DNA of 64,000 bases from Octopus sinensis (Eukaryota), in assembly GCF_006345805.1 (NCBI RefSeq), contig NC_043006.1, positions 103,478,001 through 103,542,000 on the forward strand, given 5' to 3'. A program made the position numbers and the translations under genes. Shown here one piece after another: positions 38,966 to 52,605 of the stretch. The notes below the pieces were generated by a model, which made no database searches, was not told where the DNA came from, and worked only from the letters and a program-made list of their open reading frames with translations. Each line of letters opens with the position of its first letter. Position 1 is the stretch's first letter.

Positions 38966-39403
38966 GCTAGTAGGGGTTGTTAGTAGGAATACAATCAATT
39001 TGTGATATGGATACAAAGGTACTTAGCAAGATTGTGTTATGTTGTCAAGAAGACAATATGGATTACAGCTTGCGAAAACGATGAGCACCGTAACTTAAGA
39101 CTAGTAAGGCAACTAGTAAGGCTATTTTGGAGCTTTAGTTTCGTATGTTTTCTCATTTAGACCTATGTCTTAATAGTCATACGTCGGTGAATTTTAGAAA
39201 CAAACTTTTGCCATCATGACTAATGTTAGAAAATGATTGTAATTTAATTTTCATAAAATTTTTTGGTACTTATGCGAAATGATGAAATAAATAACAATTT
39301 TTGAAAAGAAAAATATTTATGAACGACAAAGTAAAATTTGATTACACAAATTTTGCACTGTATAACTGCTGCCATAACTACTTTGTCATTTAGTCCCCTC
39401 TCC

Positions 39404-39482
39404 TCCTACGCCTCCTCCGCCTCCTCCTCCTCCTCCGCCTCCTCCTCCTCCTCCGCCTCCTCCTCCTCCTCCGCCTCCTCAT
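39404..39482. repeat. (CCT)n interrupted by CCG
   Basis: Directly visible. Confidence 0.9.
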
Positions 39483-40703
39483 CCTATTTTGTCTCTACGG
39501 TTCTTTCTCACTGTGTTTTTGCATAGCCTTCATTTACTCATTGCCTCTGACCAAGCCTCGTATATCTACTCATCCTGTACCCCTATATATCTCTTACACC
39601 ATCTCCCTCATTCTCTTTCTATATGATGTAATGCGTGGTTGAAGATTTCATCTAACCAACCAATCAACGTTTATATCGGTTTCTATTATATAAATATATA
39701 CTTTGCAAACTAATCATTGCTATATATGTGGGAATTATTCCTATGGTGTTGGGATAACATCCAAGTAATTTTAAATCTATTAGTTAGAGGAGAAGGCAGT
39801 GGCCACATAGGGCCTGCGAGTATGTTGAGGCCCAGTTCAAACAGTGGACTCTTCTAAAGACATCTAAGTTGTCAAGCGGATGTATTAAACTAGGCAAAGA
39901 ATGAAATTGCCCATTCGAGTAGGCCATTAAGGGTTCGAACTCGGAACGCAGAAGGCCAGAATAAATGATGCAAAGCGTCGTTACCGTTCCTTTAATCCAC
40001 CGCTCTGGATTAGTACTTTTTCTTATCGAGAAGGTAAAGAAAAATGGTAAACTTGAGCACGGTAGATTTTAATTCACGATGCAAAAGTGCTGGGAGAAAT
40101 AACACACGTGACGTTTTATTGTTTCTTACAGATCCACTACTCTACTGCTCCGTCTTTATACACTTTTGTCGATCCGGAAGAGAAGAAAGGCAGGTTAACC
40201 ATGGTGGGATTTGAAATCCCAGTGCAAAAGAGTCGGAAGAAGTAAAACACATGCTATTCCTTGATCTTACAGATTCACTACATAGCCTGGATCCCGGACT
40301 GAACGCCCGGCTTTCATACATCCTGATAATCAAATTTGTTGAAAATTAACAATGCCCGACGAGTCAGATTTATGTCTCCGCATCAGAAATCTTCGATGCC
40401 CATGGTAAATTGTTGAATTTTGTCTTGTGAAAAGGTCTCATTATTGTAATTTCAATAACTGTTGTCGAATTGATCAAAGTATGCAATAAGAATTGATAGA
40501 AACGAGGTTCATTGAAGGCGTGTTTATTTCTTGGCAATAAGAACTATGAATAATTACAACAACATATAATGCAGAGAAAATATCTATAATAGCAATGTAA
40601 TGTAGATAGCACTGTGGTTGGATCAGATAAAGTTCAGACAATGACCATAACAACAATAACAGCAATAATGACATACTTTAATAATAATAATAATAAGAGT
40701 AAC

Positions 40704-40747
<44 letters not shown>

Positions 40748-40750
<3 letters not shown>

Positions 40751-41321
40751 CAGAGTTGGAACCTACATACATTGGAAGCTATGCCAAATTTATGGAATAA
40801 CAACAGAAAAAAGATGGTATAAGCACACACCAAAAAAGGTCACAGAAAACGAGAAAGCAACCATACTCTGGGTTATGCCGATACACACAGATAGAGAAAT
40901 TAAGGCCAACAGACCAGATATAGTTATCAGAGATCATGAAGAAAAAAATGCTTTCTAATTGATGTATCAATACCGGCAGATGACAACGTGTCTCTAAAAG
41001 AAATGGAGAAACTCTCAAAATACAAAGACCTGGAAATAGAGGTAACTAGAATGTGGAATCTGAAAACAGAAACAATTCCTATCATAGTAGGTGCATTAGG
41101 CATGATAAAAAAATATTCAGACAAATACATAACAAAAACACCAGGACTTACAAACACATATAACATACAGAAAATTGCACTACTAGGCACTGCACACATC
41201 CTACGCAGAACACTTTCCATACAATAACCATCAGAACATCAGAACAAATCACAGCACATACCCAAGGCACACAGAGCTGCGCTCGGTAGTGAAGTGAAAG
41301 CACGCTATAAAAATAAAACTA

Positions 41322-41324
<3 letters not shown>
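40748..41324 (+). mobile_element. 5'-truncated R4/Dong-type element, copy 2, in (AAT)n
   Basis: DRVGTYIHWKLCQIYG..WYKHTPKKVTENEKATILW..NRPDIVIRD..LIDVSIPADDNV..EKLSKYKDLEIE..ALLGTAHILRRTLSIQ*; same 3' UTR as copy 1; (AAT)n both sides. Confidence 0.92.
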
Positions 41325-41354
<30 letters not shown>

Positions 41355-41355
41355 T

Positions 41356-41793
41356 GCTCAATACCACATATTTGCTTATCAGTTGTCCGACCATAACCAG
41401 TTGAGTATGTCCCTTAGTGGCTGACGATATGTGCATCTCTGATCACGAGCAGAAGTAGTGGGGGAGCATCATAGTCATGTGTTGAGAGGGATTCTTAGGG
41501 GTTTAAATAATTCACCTCTGGAAACATGGGTGTTTCGTTCAACTTAAACAACCCTTATTCGGGGACCGTTTGAGCGGATTGGGTTACTCAACTAGAAGGA
41601 AATTCTAACTGGGCCCAACCTGCAAGGTCATGGACTATTTATCTTGATATGAGATCACCATGTCGCGCACATATGGTTGTGATGCATGTGCCTAGTGTAC
41701 CCTTATCGGACGGGTAGTCATGATGGGTATACTGGGCTTCGTATATTTTACCCCAGTGTCACTTTGATGGCATGCACTGCTCTCTCACTCAAT
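41356..41793 (+). mobile_element. Unclassified ~440-bp non-coding insert bounded by (AAT)n on both sides
   Basis: Complex sequence of higher GC than its flanks, ending ctgctctctcactcaatgataataat; no ORF or tRNA head recognised. Confidence 0.5.
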
Positions 41794-41794
41794 G

Positions 41795-41870
<76 letters not shown>

Positions 41871-42034
41871 GAGTAACAATAAAAGAAACATAACACTGAG
41901 AGTAAGAATAACAACAATATCAGTTATAATAGAGACTATAATGATAATGCCAGTATCGGTATTAACAGCAGACTAACAATAAAAGCAGGAACGCTTATAT
42001 CTACAGACAACAACTGTCGCAATAACATTAATAC

Positions 42035-43805
42035 TGGTTCCGAATTTTGGCACCAAGGCCACCGATTTTGGAGTACGGTGTATATCGATTACACTGAACC
42101 CCCAGTATCCAACTGGTACTTATTATGTCGATCCCGTAATGATGAAAGGCAAATTCGATCATGGCCGCCTTTTGAACGCAGAATGACAAGACGGACGAAA
42201 TGACGTTAACCATTATCCGGCTTCCTAACGATTCTGTCTTCTACCTGTCCCAGCACAGATAATAATATTGGTTTCAAATTTTGGCACAAGGCCAGCAATT
42301 TCCGGGGCGGAGGCTAAATCGATTATAACGATCCCAGTGTTCAACTGGAACGTATTTTATCGACCCCAGAAGAGAGGAAAGGTAAAGTTGTCCACCATAG
42401 CATTTGAACTCAGAACGTAAAGACGAATGAAATGTCATTAATCATTTTTTCTCATGTGCTATCGATTCTGCCAGTTTGCCACCTTAACAAAAGTAACAAC
42501 ACTGGATTTAAATGTTGGCACAAGGCCAGCAATTTTGAGAAGGGTAGCTGCCGATTACATCGATCTCGCCCCCAATGCTCAACTGGGACTTAATTTATTC
42601 ATCCCGAAAGGATGAAAAGAAAACTCGACCCCGGCGGCATCCGACTTTTTTCTTTCGTGTCATCGTCATTAAATTACTACGCGCAATAAAGTGGCGAGCT
42701 GGCCGAATCTTTAGCACGCCGGCATTTCATCCGGTAGGCTTAACGGCATTTTGTCCGTCTTTATTTTATAACTTCAAATACCGCCGTGGTCGACTTTACC
42801 TTCCATCTTTCTAGGGTCGATAAAATAAGTACCAGTTTCACACTGGTGTCGATGAATTCGACTAGCTCCCTCCCACCAAATTTCAGGCTTTGTGTCTATA
42901 GCAGAAAGGGTTATTATTGTCGTTTGAAGGCGGCGAGCTGGCCGAATCGTTAGCACACCGGACAAAATGCTAAGCGGCATTTCGTCTGTTTTTACGTTCT
43001 AAGTTCAAATTCCACCGAGGTCGATTTACCGTTCATATTTCTAGAGTTGATAAAAGAATTACCAGTTGGACACTGGTGCTGTTGCAATCGAATTACCTCC
43101 TTCCCTTGAAATTGCAGGCCTTGTGGCAAAATTTGAAACCAGTATAAATGACACCTGTAGTAGATACAATACAGGAAATATGAAACATAGCAATGAAACT
43201 AGTAGTCCTTTAAACTAAAGGCACACGGCCAGCAAATTTGGAGAATGGGAAAAGTCGATTGCATCGAATCCAGTGTTTCGCTGGCGCTTAATTTATCGAC
43301 CCCAAAAGGACAAAAAGCAAAATCAAACTCGGCGGAATTTGAACTCAGAACGTTAAGAGTGACGAAATACCTATTTCTTTACTACCCACAAGGGGCTAAA
43401 CACAGAGAGGACAAACAAGGACAGACAGACGGATTAAGTCGATTATATCGACCCCAGTGCCTAACTGGTACTTATTTAATCGACCCCGAAAGGATGAAAG
43501 GCAAAGTCGACCTCGGTGGAATTTGAACTCAGAACGTTACGGCAAACGTGCTTATGATTCTGCCAGCTCGCCGCCTTCAACAATGAAATCAAGAGTCCTT
43601 TAAACGAAGGGCACAGGACCAGCAATTTTGCGGGAGGAGACAAGTCGATTACATCGACCCCAGTGTTTCGCTGCCACTTAATTTATCAACCCCAAAAGAA
43701 CGAAAGACAAAATCGACCTCAGCAGAATTTGAACTCAGAACGTAAAGACGGACGAAATGTCGCTAAGCAATTAGCCTGGCGTGTTAAAGAGTTTGCCAGC
43801 TCGTC
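42035..43805. mobile_element. Dense cluster of seven SINE family A units (-,-,-,+,+,- dimer,-)
   Basis: Copies at about 42035-42235, 42268-42483 and 42505-42640 (-); 42690-42905 and 42927-43140 (+); 43215-43577 (dimer, -); 43605-43805 (-). Confidence 0.85.
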
Positions 43806-44093
43806 GACTTCACCAATGAAATTAATAATAACAATAGTAATATTAGACAAAACTGGGAATAAGAATAATATATAAAAACAGCAACAACACTTGCAGCAAT
43901 AATAAGAGATATAATAGAGATAATAGCAATAACAGTGATAGACATGTCACCGCAAAATAAAATACATGATAAATAAAAACAATGATAACCACACATAACA
44001 GTAGCAATACTTATAACCATAAAGACAATAGTATATATAACACACAGCATAGAAATAATAACATCTTTAACAGTATAGTGTAAAAAATTAATG

Positions 44094-44544
44094 GGATCTT
44101 TTCGGTTTGACCGGCAGTTTTTTCTAGCGGTGTCATATGAAATTGTCACCCATGATTATGACCCTAATATCGATCTATGGCATTTCAATCTATTTTAGGG
44201 TTAGGGTTAGTTAGGGTTAGGGTTAGGGGTGGGGGAAAGGTATCGTTTTTGTGGCCTTCGGGCTAAAACATTTTTAAGGATTTAAGGAAACCCAATATGT
44301 TTCTTAGACGAGGGACATATTCATATGGCACAAAATGTTGTTTACCTCAATGGACGTCAGTGATTGGTTGAAATTGCAGAAATTGGAGAAAAAACCCACA
44401 AATATCTTACAAACAATAGAATTTTCTCAATAAAGCCAAGAGAAAAAGATGTTTTATAAACACATTCTACCAGTATACGAAGTTTAAAAGTGTTTAGTTA
44501 CCTAGAAATTAAGTTAAAAACTGCCGTTCAAACCGAAAAGATCC
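44094..44544. mobile_element. TIR MITE containing internal TTAGGG repeats
   Basis: TIRs ggatcttttcggtttgaccggcagttttt / aaaaactgccgttcaaaccgaaaagatcc; five TTAGGG units plus one TTAG at 44195-44228. Confidence 0.85.
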
Positions 44545-44704
44545 AAATAATGATACTGATAACAAGCAACATTATTAAGGGATATAAAAGAGAGCATAAA
44601 AATATCGACACCTACAGGTATGATACCCATAATGCTAACGACAAAAACAAGTCATAACAAAATTGCAGTAACCAGGACAACAACAACAAGAATAATAATA
44701 GTTT

Positions 44705-45065
44705 CTAATAAAGGTAGAAGGCCTCAAATTTGGTAGGAGAGATCTAGCGGATTACACCGATGCCAGTGTTTCACTGGTACTTAATTTATCGACCGTGAAA
44801 GAATGAAAGGCAAAGTCGAACTCGGCGGAACTTGAACTCAGAACGTAAAGGCAGACGAAATAACGCCCGGCGTGCTAACGAGTCATATAGAGGCATAAGG
44901 CCGGTTTCCTCGGTTTCCGTAAGGTATATATTCCTCACGTGAAACGGGACGCCGGATTACTCACTTTTGCCAGCTGAGACAGTGGGACACGTAAAATGAA
45001 GTGTTTTGCTCAAGTACACAACGCGTCACCGGGTCCAGGAATCAAAACCACAAGCTTACCATCAT
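44705..45065 (-). mobile_element. SINE family A (44705-44880) and SINE family C (44890-45065)
   Basis: Reverse-complement family A core; family C body gtgtacttgagcaaaacacttcattttacg..cagctggcaaaagtgagtaatc. Confidence 0.75.
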
Positions 45066-45220
45066 ACTTAAACACCTTAACTAGTGATGAGCATAAAAAT
45101 GACAACCATTTTTTTTATTAACCACAACGATTAAAAAAAATACTGAGACAGTGCAGGACGATACAGGTGACGGTTGCATTATAAATGTGTAAACAAGGGG
45201 AAATAATAATAATAATAATG

Positions 45221-45270
<50 letters not shown>

Positions 45271-45271
<1 letters not shown>

Positions 45272-45666
45272 GAGATCATGAAGAAAAAAATGCTTTCTAA
45301 TTGATGTATCAATACCGGCAGATGACAACGTGTCTCTAAAAGAAATGGAAAAACTCTCAAAATACAAAGACCTGGAAATAGAGGTAACCAGAATGTGGAA
45401 CCTGAAAACAGAAACAATTCCTATCATAGTAGGTGCATTAGGCATGATAAAAAAATATTCAGACAAATACATAACAAAAACACCAGGACTTACAAACACA
45501 TATAACATACAGAAAATTGCACTACTAGGCACTGCACACATCCTACGCAGAACACTTTCCATACAATGACCATCAGAGCGTCACAACAAATCACAGCGCA
45601 TACCCAAGGCACACAGAGCTGCGCTCGGTAGTGAAGTGAAAGCACGCTATAAAAATAAAACTACTG
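45271..45666 (+). mobile_element. 5'-truncated R4/Dong-type element, copy 3, in (AAT)n
   Basis: Same RLE C-terminus and 3' UTR as the copy at 40748; starts directly after (AAT)n and ends aaaactactg-aataataat. Confidence 0.92.
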
Positions 45667-46222
45667 AATAATAATATCTTTTAGCATAAACAACATCAAC
45701 AACGATAACGCGTGTGAAAAACAGAGACATTTCTTTTTTTCATATATCAATTATCCCGTCATTGAAGACAGTTAAAAAAATAGATTAGGAAAAAACCTTA
45801 CGCAGACACCATAGAGAAAAGCTACAGGAGAAACTGGTTTCATTATATTCATGTGAAAAGGATGTTAGAGACAAGGGGCGTGGCAAATAGCAAAAGAGAA
45901 TTAAATAGAGAACCGATGAAACGAGAAGGCAGAGAAGTGATATCGTGAGACGGAGGAGGCGTGGGTGGGGGGAAATGAAGAGGGACTGAGTCTACGTGAG
46001 TGTGTCTTTGTGTTTGTGTGTATGTATACAATTCTCAACACACGCACAAACATATGCATATACATACATATATATATATTCATACATACATACATATATA
46101 CATACGTACATACATATATATATATATATATCTTTCCTTCTTTCCTGAGCGTCCAATAACATTATACTTGTTCCACGTCCTCGCGTTGTTGTGCTTCCCC
46201 TTTTGTTTTCATGTTTGGATTA

Positions 46223-46262
<40 letters not shown>

Positions 46263-47151
46263 ATACATGTACATACCTATACATGTATACGTATAAATAT
46301 ATATGTACTTATATGTGTGTGTGTGTGTATATGTGTGTGTGAATCTATATCTATATCTATGTATATATATATATATATACTTACATACATATGTATATAT
46401 ACACATATATATCTTTATGCACGCAGACAAACGAAAAAAGTGCACGAGAGAGAGTCGAGAATATTTTTGAGATGGGGCGTTGGCGTCAGTTATCATACGA
46501 GTTCAATCGGTGTATAGTTATTGATTGTCCATATCGATCGCCTTGGTGCGGATTTCGATGTTTATCAGACAAGAATTGTCTTTAAAGTCATGCGCATAAA
46601 GAGCGGCCAGAAACACAGAGGGAGTCAAATCTAAACACCATTAAAGAGAAATCTCCAACGGAAAAATATATCAAAAACGAAACAAAAAAATCACATGTTT
46701 GTACGTAAACAAGTAAACATGTTAGAGTAGGAATGGACAGGTTTGAACGAAGAAGAAAGAGGAAAAATACACGACAGCATGAGGAAGAAGAATAGCCATA
46801 ATAGTAACAATTACAATAACACATAACAGTGACATATTTAGCATAGCATATATCGATCATCTTATTTGTTGACATACAATCACGAAAAATGCAATGTTTA
46901 ATTAGCATGCAAGTATATTGCACATGCATGCGCACGTGGACAGTCAGTCACACGCGTACAAACACAGACACGCACACACACACACATAGAGATCTATAAA
47001 TGCATATATTTACACACACACACACAGGCACACGCACATATATCCAGATATATGAGTATATATGTGTGTGCGTGTGTGAATGTGTGTGTTTGTGTGTGTG
47101 TGTGTTTGTGTTTGTGTGTATGTACGGTGTGTTTGTGTGTGTGTATGCGTG

Positions 47152-47183
<32 letters not shown>

Positions 47184-47501
47184 GGTTATAAGAAGTAATG
47201 GTGTCAATTGAGACCCAAAGGTGTCATGTAATGCTGTATAAGTGCTATATACAGACCATAAAAGATGGATCTACAACTTCAATATTCCTACATATCATGC
47301 ATCTATTTTCTTTCCTCCACCTCACTCTCTATTTTGTATCACATCTAAACTAACTATGACTTTACCATCCTCTCACACCGGAGGGATATAATTAATAATT
47401 ATCCTGGAAACGGCTGTAAGAACTTCTACCTATAAATGTTCTAATATCTACACAGCCTTGGTTTTTTTTTATCTCATTATGCAAAAAATTCTAATACATA
47501 T

Positions 47502-47546
<45 letters not shown>

Positions 47547-48261
47547 TATATATATATAAATTCATAGCGCATTCATTGTGATAAACTACCTTTATGAGGA
47601 CAGATATGAAGACAGATATACATTCATAATGCATACAAAACATCTTTTCAGTAGGTAAAATGAAACAAAAATGTATTCAAGATTCAAAACGGAAAAAATT
47701 ACTCGAGGTATTTCACATTTATGACAAAATAAGTTTTCGATTATCCTATATGGCTTCGATTAAAATTTGCTGATAGCGTCATTGGTGCAAGAATGTCACT
47801 TAAGTAGAAGTCTAAATGTCCATAAGCTTTTCAAGTAACATTGAAAAATGGTAGAAAAAATTTAAAGTGGTACCAACTATAAAATTTCAACCTGTATGTC
47901 GATTAAATCTCTGTAAAGTATATGTGTTTTTGTGACAACATTTTGAGATTAGTTAATTCCCAGAATTCGAAAATCTGCCTGTACCAGAATCTCACAAAGA
48001 TTCTTTGGAAAATTCAAATACTGACCACAGAAAATAGAAGTTACAAATGCAATGGATTCTGTTGGCTTTAAATTTTGGCACAAGGCAGGCAGGTTTGGGG
48101 GAGGAGATAAGTTAACTTGTATCAGCCCTAGTACTCAACTGGCACTTATATTATCGATCACGAAAGGACGAAATACAAGATCGACGGGGGCGACATTTGA
48201 GGGTTCTCTTAACATTCAAGGACATTTGAGGCAGCGTGTATAGCAGAGGTTCAACTTGTTA

Positions 48262-48490
48262 TTCTTTTATTCTTCTACTGTCTAACTGGTTTCAGCTGGA
48301 GCCATGCTGGAGCAGCGCCTTTCAGTGTATTTGAGTCTCCTTTCAGTACAGTTTTTGGCATGATGTGAGCTCATCCTTTCAGTACTGTTTTGCAGTGATG
48401 TGGGCTCATCTGGCATTCCAGGTGCTTTTTGAACGATTCCGCATGTATACCTTGCAGGTCTCTTAGGTTCTTTGGCAGGATGTTGAATTT
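48262..48490 (-). mobile_element. Decayed CR1 3'-end fragment
   Basis: Minus strand FNILPKNLRDLQGIH..PDEPTS, matching the CR1 at ~10000-10130; tail ggcgctgctccagcatggct..gctgaaac. Confidence 0.7.
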
Positions 48491-49090
48491 TCGTAAACGT
48501 TATCTTTATTTAAGAATTTTCGTAAACGTTATCTTTGTTCTATATTTTAACACTGTCGCCAGTCCAGTTTGACTATTGTAAAGAACAAATGAGAAGTGTA
48601 ATCTCTGAATGTTTCACAATACACTCAATTCATAGGAATTTTCTTATATAACTGATATATTTTCATCGTTACTGAATCACAGCGAGCGTGGGTCAATGTA
48701 ACAAAATATTTTATGAATCAATATTTCGGTTCTGTTTCCTTTCTGTACAAACTTAATGAGCTTTCCATCTGCAGAGCCCAACTAAATTACACTCGTCATA
48801 TACATAAAATTGACCCAAGCAGTTTACATTTAGATATATAGAAATAAGCATCTACGCCTAAACACTGGTCTTTTGTCGTGCAATTGGAATTTGGAATCTA
48901 TCTATCGATCTGTATTTCACTGGGTGCACCTGTTCAGACAACGTCGATTTAATGGCAAAGATGAGGGAATGAGCGGCACGAACATTTGATCACTATAAAC
49001 CATTCATTTGTTCAGATTGTTCGGCAAAAGCTGAATGCAGATATGTCGTTTTCTTCAGAAGGGTCCGTCATATATATACATATATATATA

Positions 49091-49404
49091 TTGTTGTATT
49101 TAGGAATGGTCATTTTGCCAGTTTAGCCAATAAAAACACACGCACTATATATTTGCTGTTAATTTGCTTCAGCTTTATTTTTTACATTAATCTTAATCTT
49201 ATTTCAGCCAGAGTTCTTTCGTTACACTTCTGTGACCCCATCAGTGGTCCTTTGCTTTCTTCTTTCTTGTTTGTGTGTCTCTCCTTACTAAACGTCAGCC
49301 ATTTTGTATCTTGTATTGTATTCCTATTGTATGTGTCTATATCTGCGTATTGGGCTAGCCTGCTTCATCGCCTGGGGGCGTCCACACAACATATATACAT
49401 ACAT

Positions 49405-49457
<53 letters not shown>

Positions 49458-49757
49458 TGTATATATATATAAATATAGACACACATAGAGGTATACGCAT
49501 ACGCAAATGAAGACACATACAATAGGAATACAAAATACAAAATGGCTGACCGTTAGTCAGGAGAGACCCACAAATAAGAAAGAAGAACGCAAAGGACCAC
49601 TGATGAGGTCACAGGAGTGTGACGAAAGAACTCTGGCCGAAATAAGATTAAGATTAATGTAAAAAATAAATAAAGCTGAAGCAAAGTAACACCAAATATA
49701 TAGTGCATGTGATTTTATTGGCTAAACTGGCAAAATGACCATTCCGAAATACAACAA
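49091..49757. mobile_element. Divergent inverted repeat (~260-bp arms), each arm with a hammerhead-like motif
   Basis: Arms 49091-49350 and 49499-49757. + motif 49594-49638: ggacca-CUGAUGA-g-gtcaca ggag tgtgac-GAAA-gaac-UC|tggcc; the - copy at 49206-49250 has a mutated core. Confidence 0.8.
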
Positions 49758-50195
49758 TACATATTCATTAATTTTTGCCTATACACCTTTATCTTGTGGC
49801 CACTAATATTAATATCTCTCATGAGTATTAATGTATTAATATTTCTTTATACATTTATATATTTACAAAAATATGTATTCACTTACTTGTTTTTATCAGT
49901 GCGGCTTGGGCACTGAGACGAACGCAGGCATTGGTTGAAGTGATATATCAGTTTATTACTAGTAGACTTCACTGGGAAGAGTCGAAATCATGATATCAAG
50001 TTGACACTCGCTCGTGCAATTTTGCAGAGGTAAGAGGCAATCCTAATTTAAATTAGTTTTTTTTTCTAACCATGCCTGTGATTATATATTGTTGATTTTT
50101 GTGGTTCAGTGTGTTTTGACTCCTATTTTTAGCAAAGCTATTGCTTTAAGAAGCGCCCTTCTTATGTAAATGCATGTAAATATAGACATATGTGC

Positions 50196-50255
<60 letters not shown>

Positions 50256-50316
50256 AATAATATTAGGGAGTATATGTATATATGCATATATATAATACAT
50301 ACAATATATATATATG

Positions 50317-50350
<34 letters not shown>

Positions 50351-50366
50351 TATATATGTATATATG

Positions 50367-50469
<103 letters not shown>

Positions 50470-51082
50470 CATACACACACATTATATACAGAGCGAACAA
50501 TATATGCAACAAGAGAATGCCTAAGTATCATACACAACCGAGAACTGATTAAAAAATACATACGTGAAAAATGAACGCAGGTAATATTAGAAGAACATGA
50601 TGCTTCGTATCACGTTATTTATATCAAGATTTTTGTATTTTATTATTTCCAAATAAACTAACAGAAATATTTTCATCGTATGTTTCTTTAGAACATCTGT
50701 ATGTTATCTTGTTCCATATATATTATCTAGTAAAGCATTTTAAGAATCTGGGAAGGAAGAGCGATAAATTATGGTCATATTTTTATACGATGATATGATA
50801 GATGAAGACAGCACGTAATAATTACCTGTCAACAGTAGTTTTTTCGATTGTCATTTACTGATGATTAATTAGACCTGGAGAAAAATATGGTGTGATTCTT
50901 TTTGGGGTTTTTTGCGTATTTCTTTTGCCCATGCATTCTCAGACCACGCGATATTTTCTGTTTGTAAGTAAAGATTTGTATATACCATGATATACTTTCA
51001 TACGTGCATGCATACACGTGTTAATATAACGTGTGTGTGAGTATCTGAATGCATCATTACACACACACACATACATACAGGC

Positions 51083-51118
51083 ATGCACACACACATACAC
51101 ACACACACAAACACATAT

Positions 51119-51153
<35 letters not shown>

Positions 51154-51319
51154 TGTATGTGTGTGTGTTTATTTATTTATATTACACACACACACCTGTA
51201 TGCGTATATGTTTCTACCTTTTTGCGCTCACCTATTACTGTATTACCCTCTTTCTCTATTTCTCTCTCTTTCTCTCTCCACACATGCACACACACATACA
51301 CACACACACAAACACATAT

Positions 51320-51362
<43 letters not shown>

Positions 51363-51494
51363 TGTATGTGTGTGTGTTTATTTATTTATATTACACACAC
51401 ACACCTGTATGCGTATATGTTTCTACCTTTTTGCGCTCACCTATTACTGTATTACCCTCTTTCTCTATTTCTCTCTCTTTCTCTCTCCACACAT

Positions 51495-51500
<6 letters not shown>
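51083..51500 (+). repeat. Tandem duplication of ~209 bp bounded by CA/TA microsatellites
   Basis: gtttgtatgtgtg...ctctctccacacatgcacac occurs twice; unique parts look identical and only TA lengths differ. Confidence 0.9.
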
Positions 51501-51529
<29 letters not shown>

Positions 51530-51619
51530 CACACACAGACACACACATATATAATTATGTTTGGTTACACAATCAAGAAAAAGTAGTAATCAAGACATGA
51601 GAAGATATAAAATTTCGTG

Positions 51620-52605
51620 AGGTGGTATTCATCACTTATTACCTAATAAGTGCCAACGCACGAAACTCTCAGCTCTTGAATCACTCTATAACTTCTGCCA
51701 ATTATTACTTGACATCCTTTCCACCTTTCGATGTATATAGAATCTCCATAGTCGCATCGCGTCAATTCGGAAGGACCTCTTTACTATGTCAAACTCTCTT
51801 AATCACAGCCGTTAACATTGTATAAATACGTTCACCACCGTATTTATATATCTCTGCACCTAGTCCATGTATACCAGGGGCTTTTCCCGTGCTCAATTTC
51901 CTGTTTGCCGCTTTTATTTCAGCCAGGTTTTGAACCTCTGCTAAAAGATGTTTTGTTGGTCTCTCAGGTATATTATCAAGGAAAGAGAGGTGAGCTTCAG
52001 TGGGTCTATTGAGCAACTCATCAAAATGCTCTTTCCATCTCCCTACAATATCTTAAGGATTTGTTAATATTTCTGTGCCATCTTTGCACCGACGTAACGC
52101 AACCTTTGATTCCATAAACCTTTTCAAAGAGAGAGTAAAAAAGTTTGGAATTGTTAGCATTTGAAGCTTCTTTGATTTCATCACATCTATCACTGTACAA
52201 ATTTTCTTGCATCATCCTCAGCTTCCTCTGCATTTACTGTTACAGCCTTGAAAGGTGTAGCCATTGTCCGGTTTGCTCACCTGTCAACATTTTGCAACAT
52301 GTTAAATGCCTCTTCCTTCTCCTCTCAGATAAGACTAACTTCTTCATTATTATCGTCAAACCATTCTTGGTGCTCTTTGTACACCCAAGCCAAGAATGTT
52401 ACTACAAACCTCATATACTCTTTCTTTGAATGACTTCCATCTTCAATCACATGACAAATTATTTATCTCTCACACAAACTGATTGTGTACTGACGATCTC
52501 TTAAGTTTATTGACATTAAACCGTTTTGGTAACTTGTTATTTGCTCTAATTTTAGGCTTGACAACAAAATTCACCTTGGCACGGAATAGCCTATGATCGG
52601 TTCAG
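51620..52605 (-). pseudogene. Decayed RTE-clade LINE fragment (end of endonuclease to start of RT)
   Basis: [58 protein letters not shown]. Confidence 0.8.

Noticed and set aside
40125-40240. Plus-strand candidate exon after tttcttacag (IHYSTAPSLYTFVDPEEKKG...)
   Set aside because: Good acceptor but weak donor and no recognisable homology; cannot be supported without RNA data.
44195-44228. True telomere or chromosome-fusion scar
   Set aside because: Only five units and they are enclosed by MITE TIRs.
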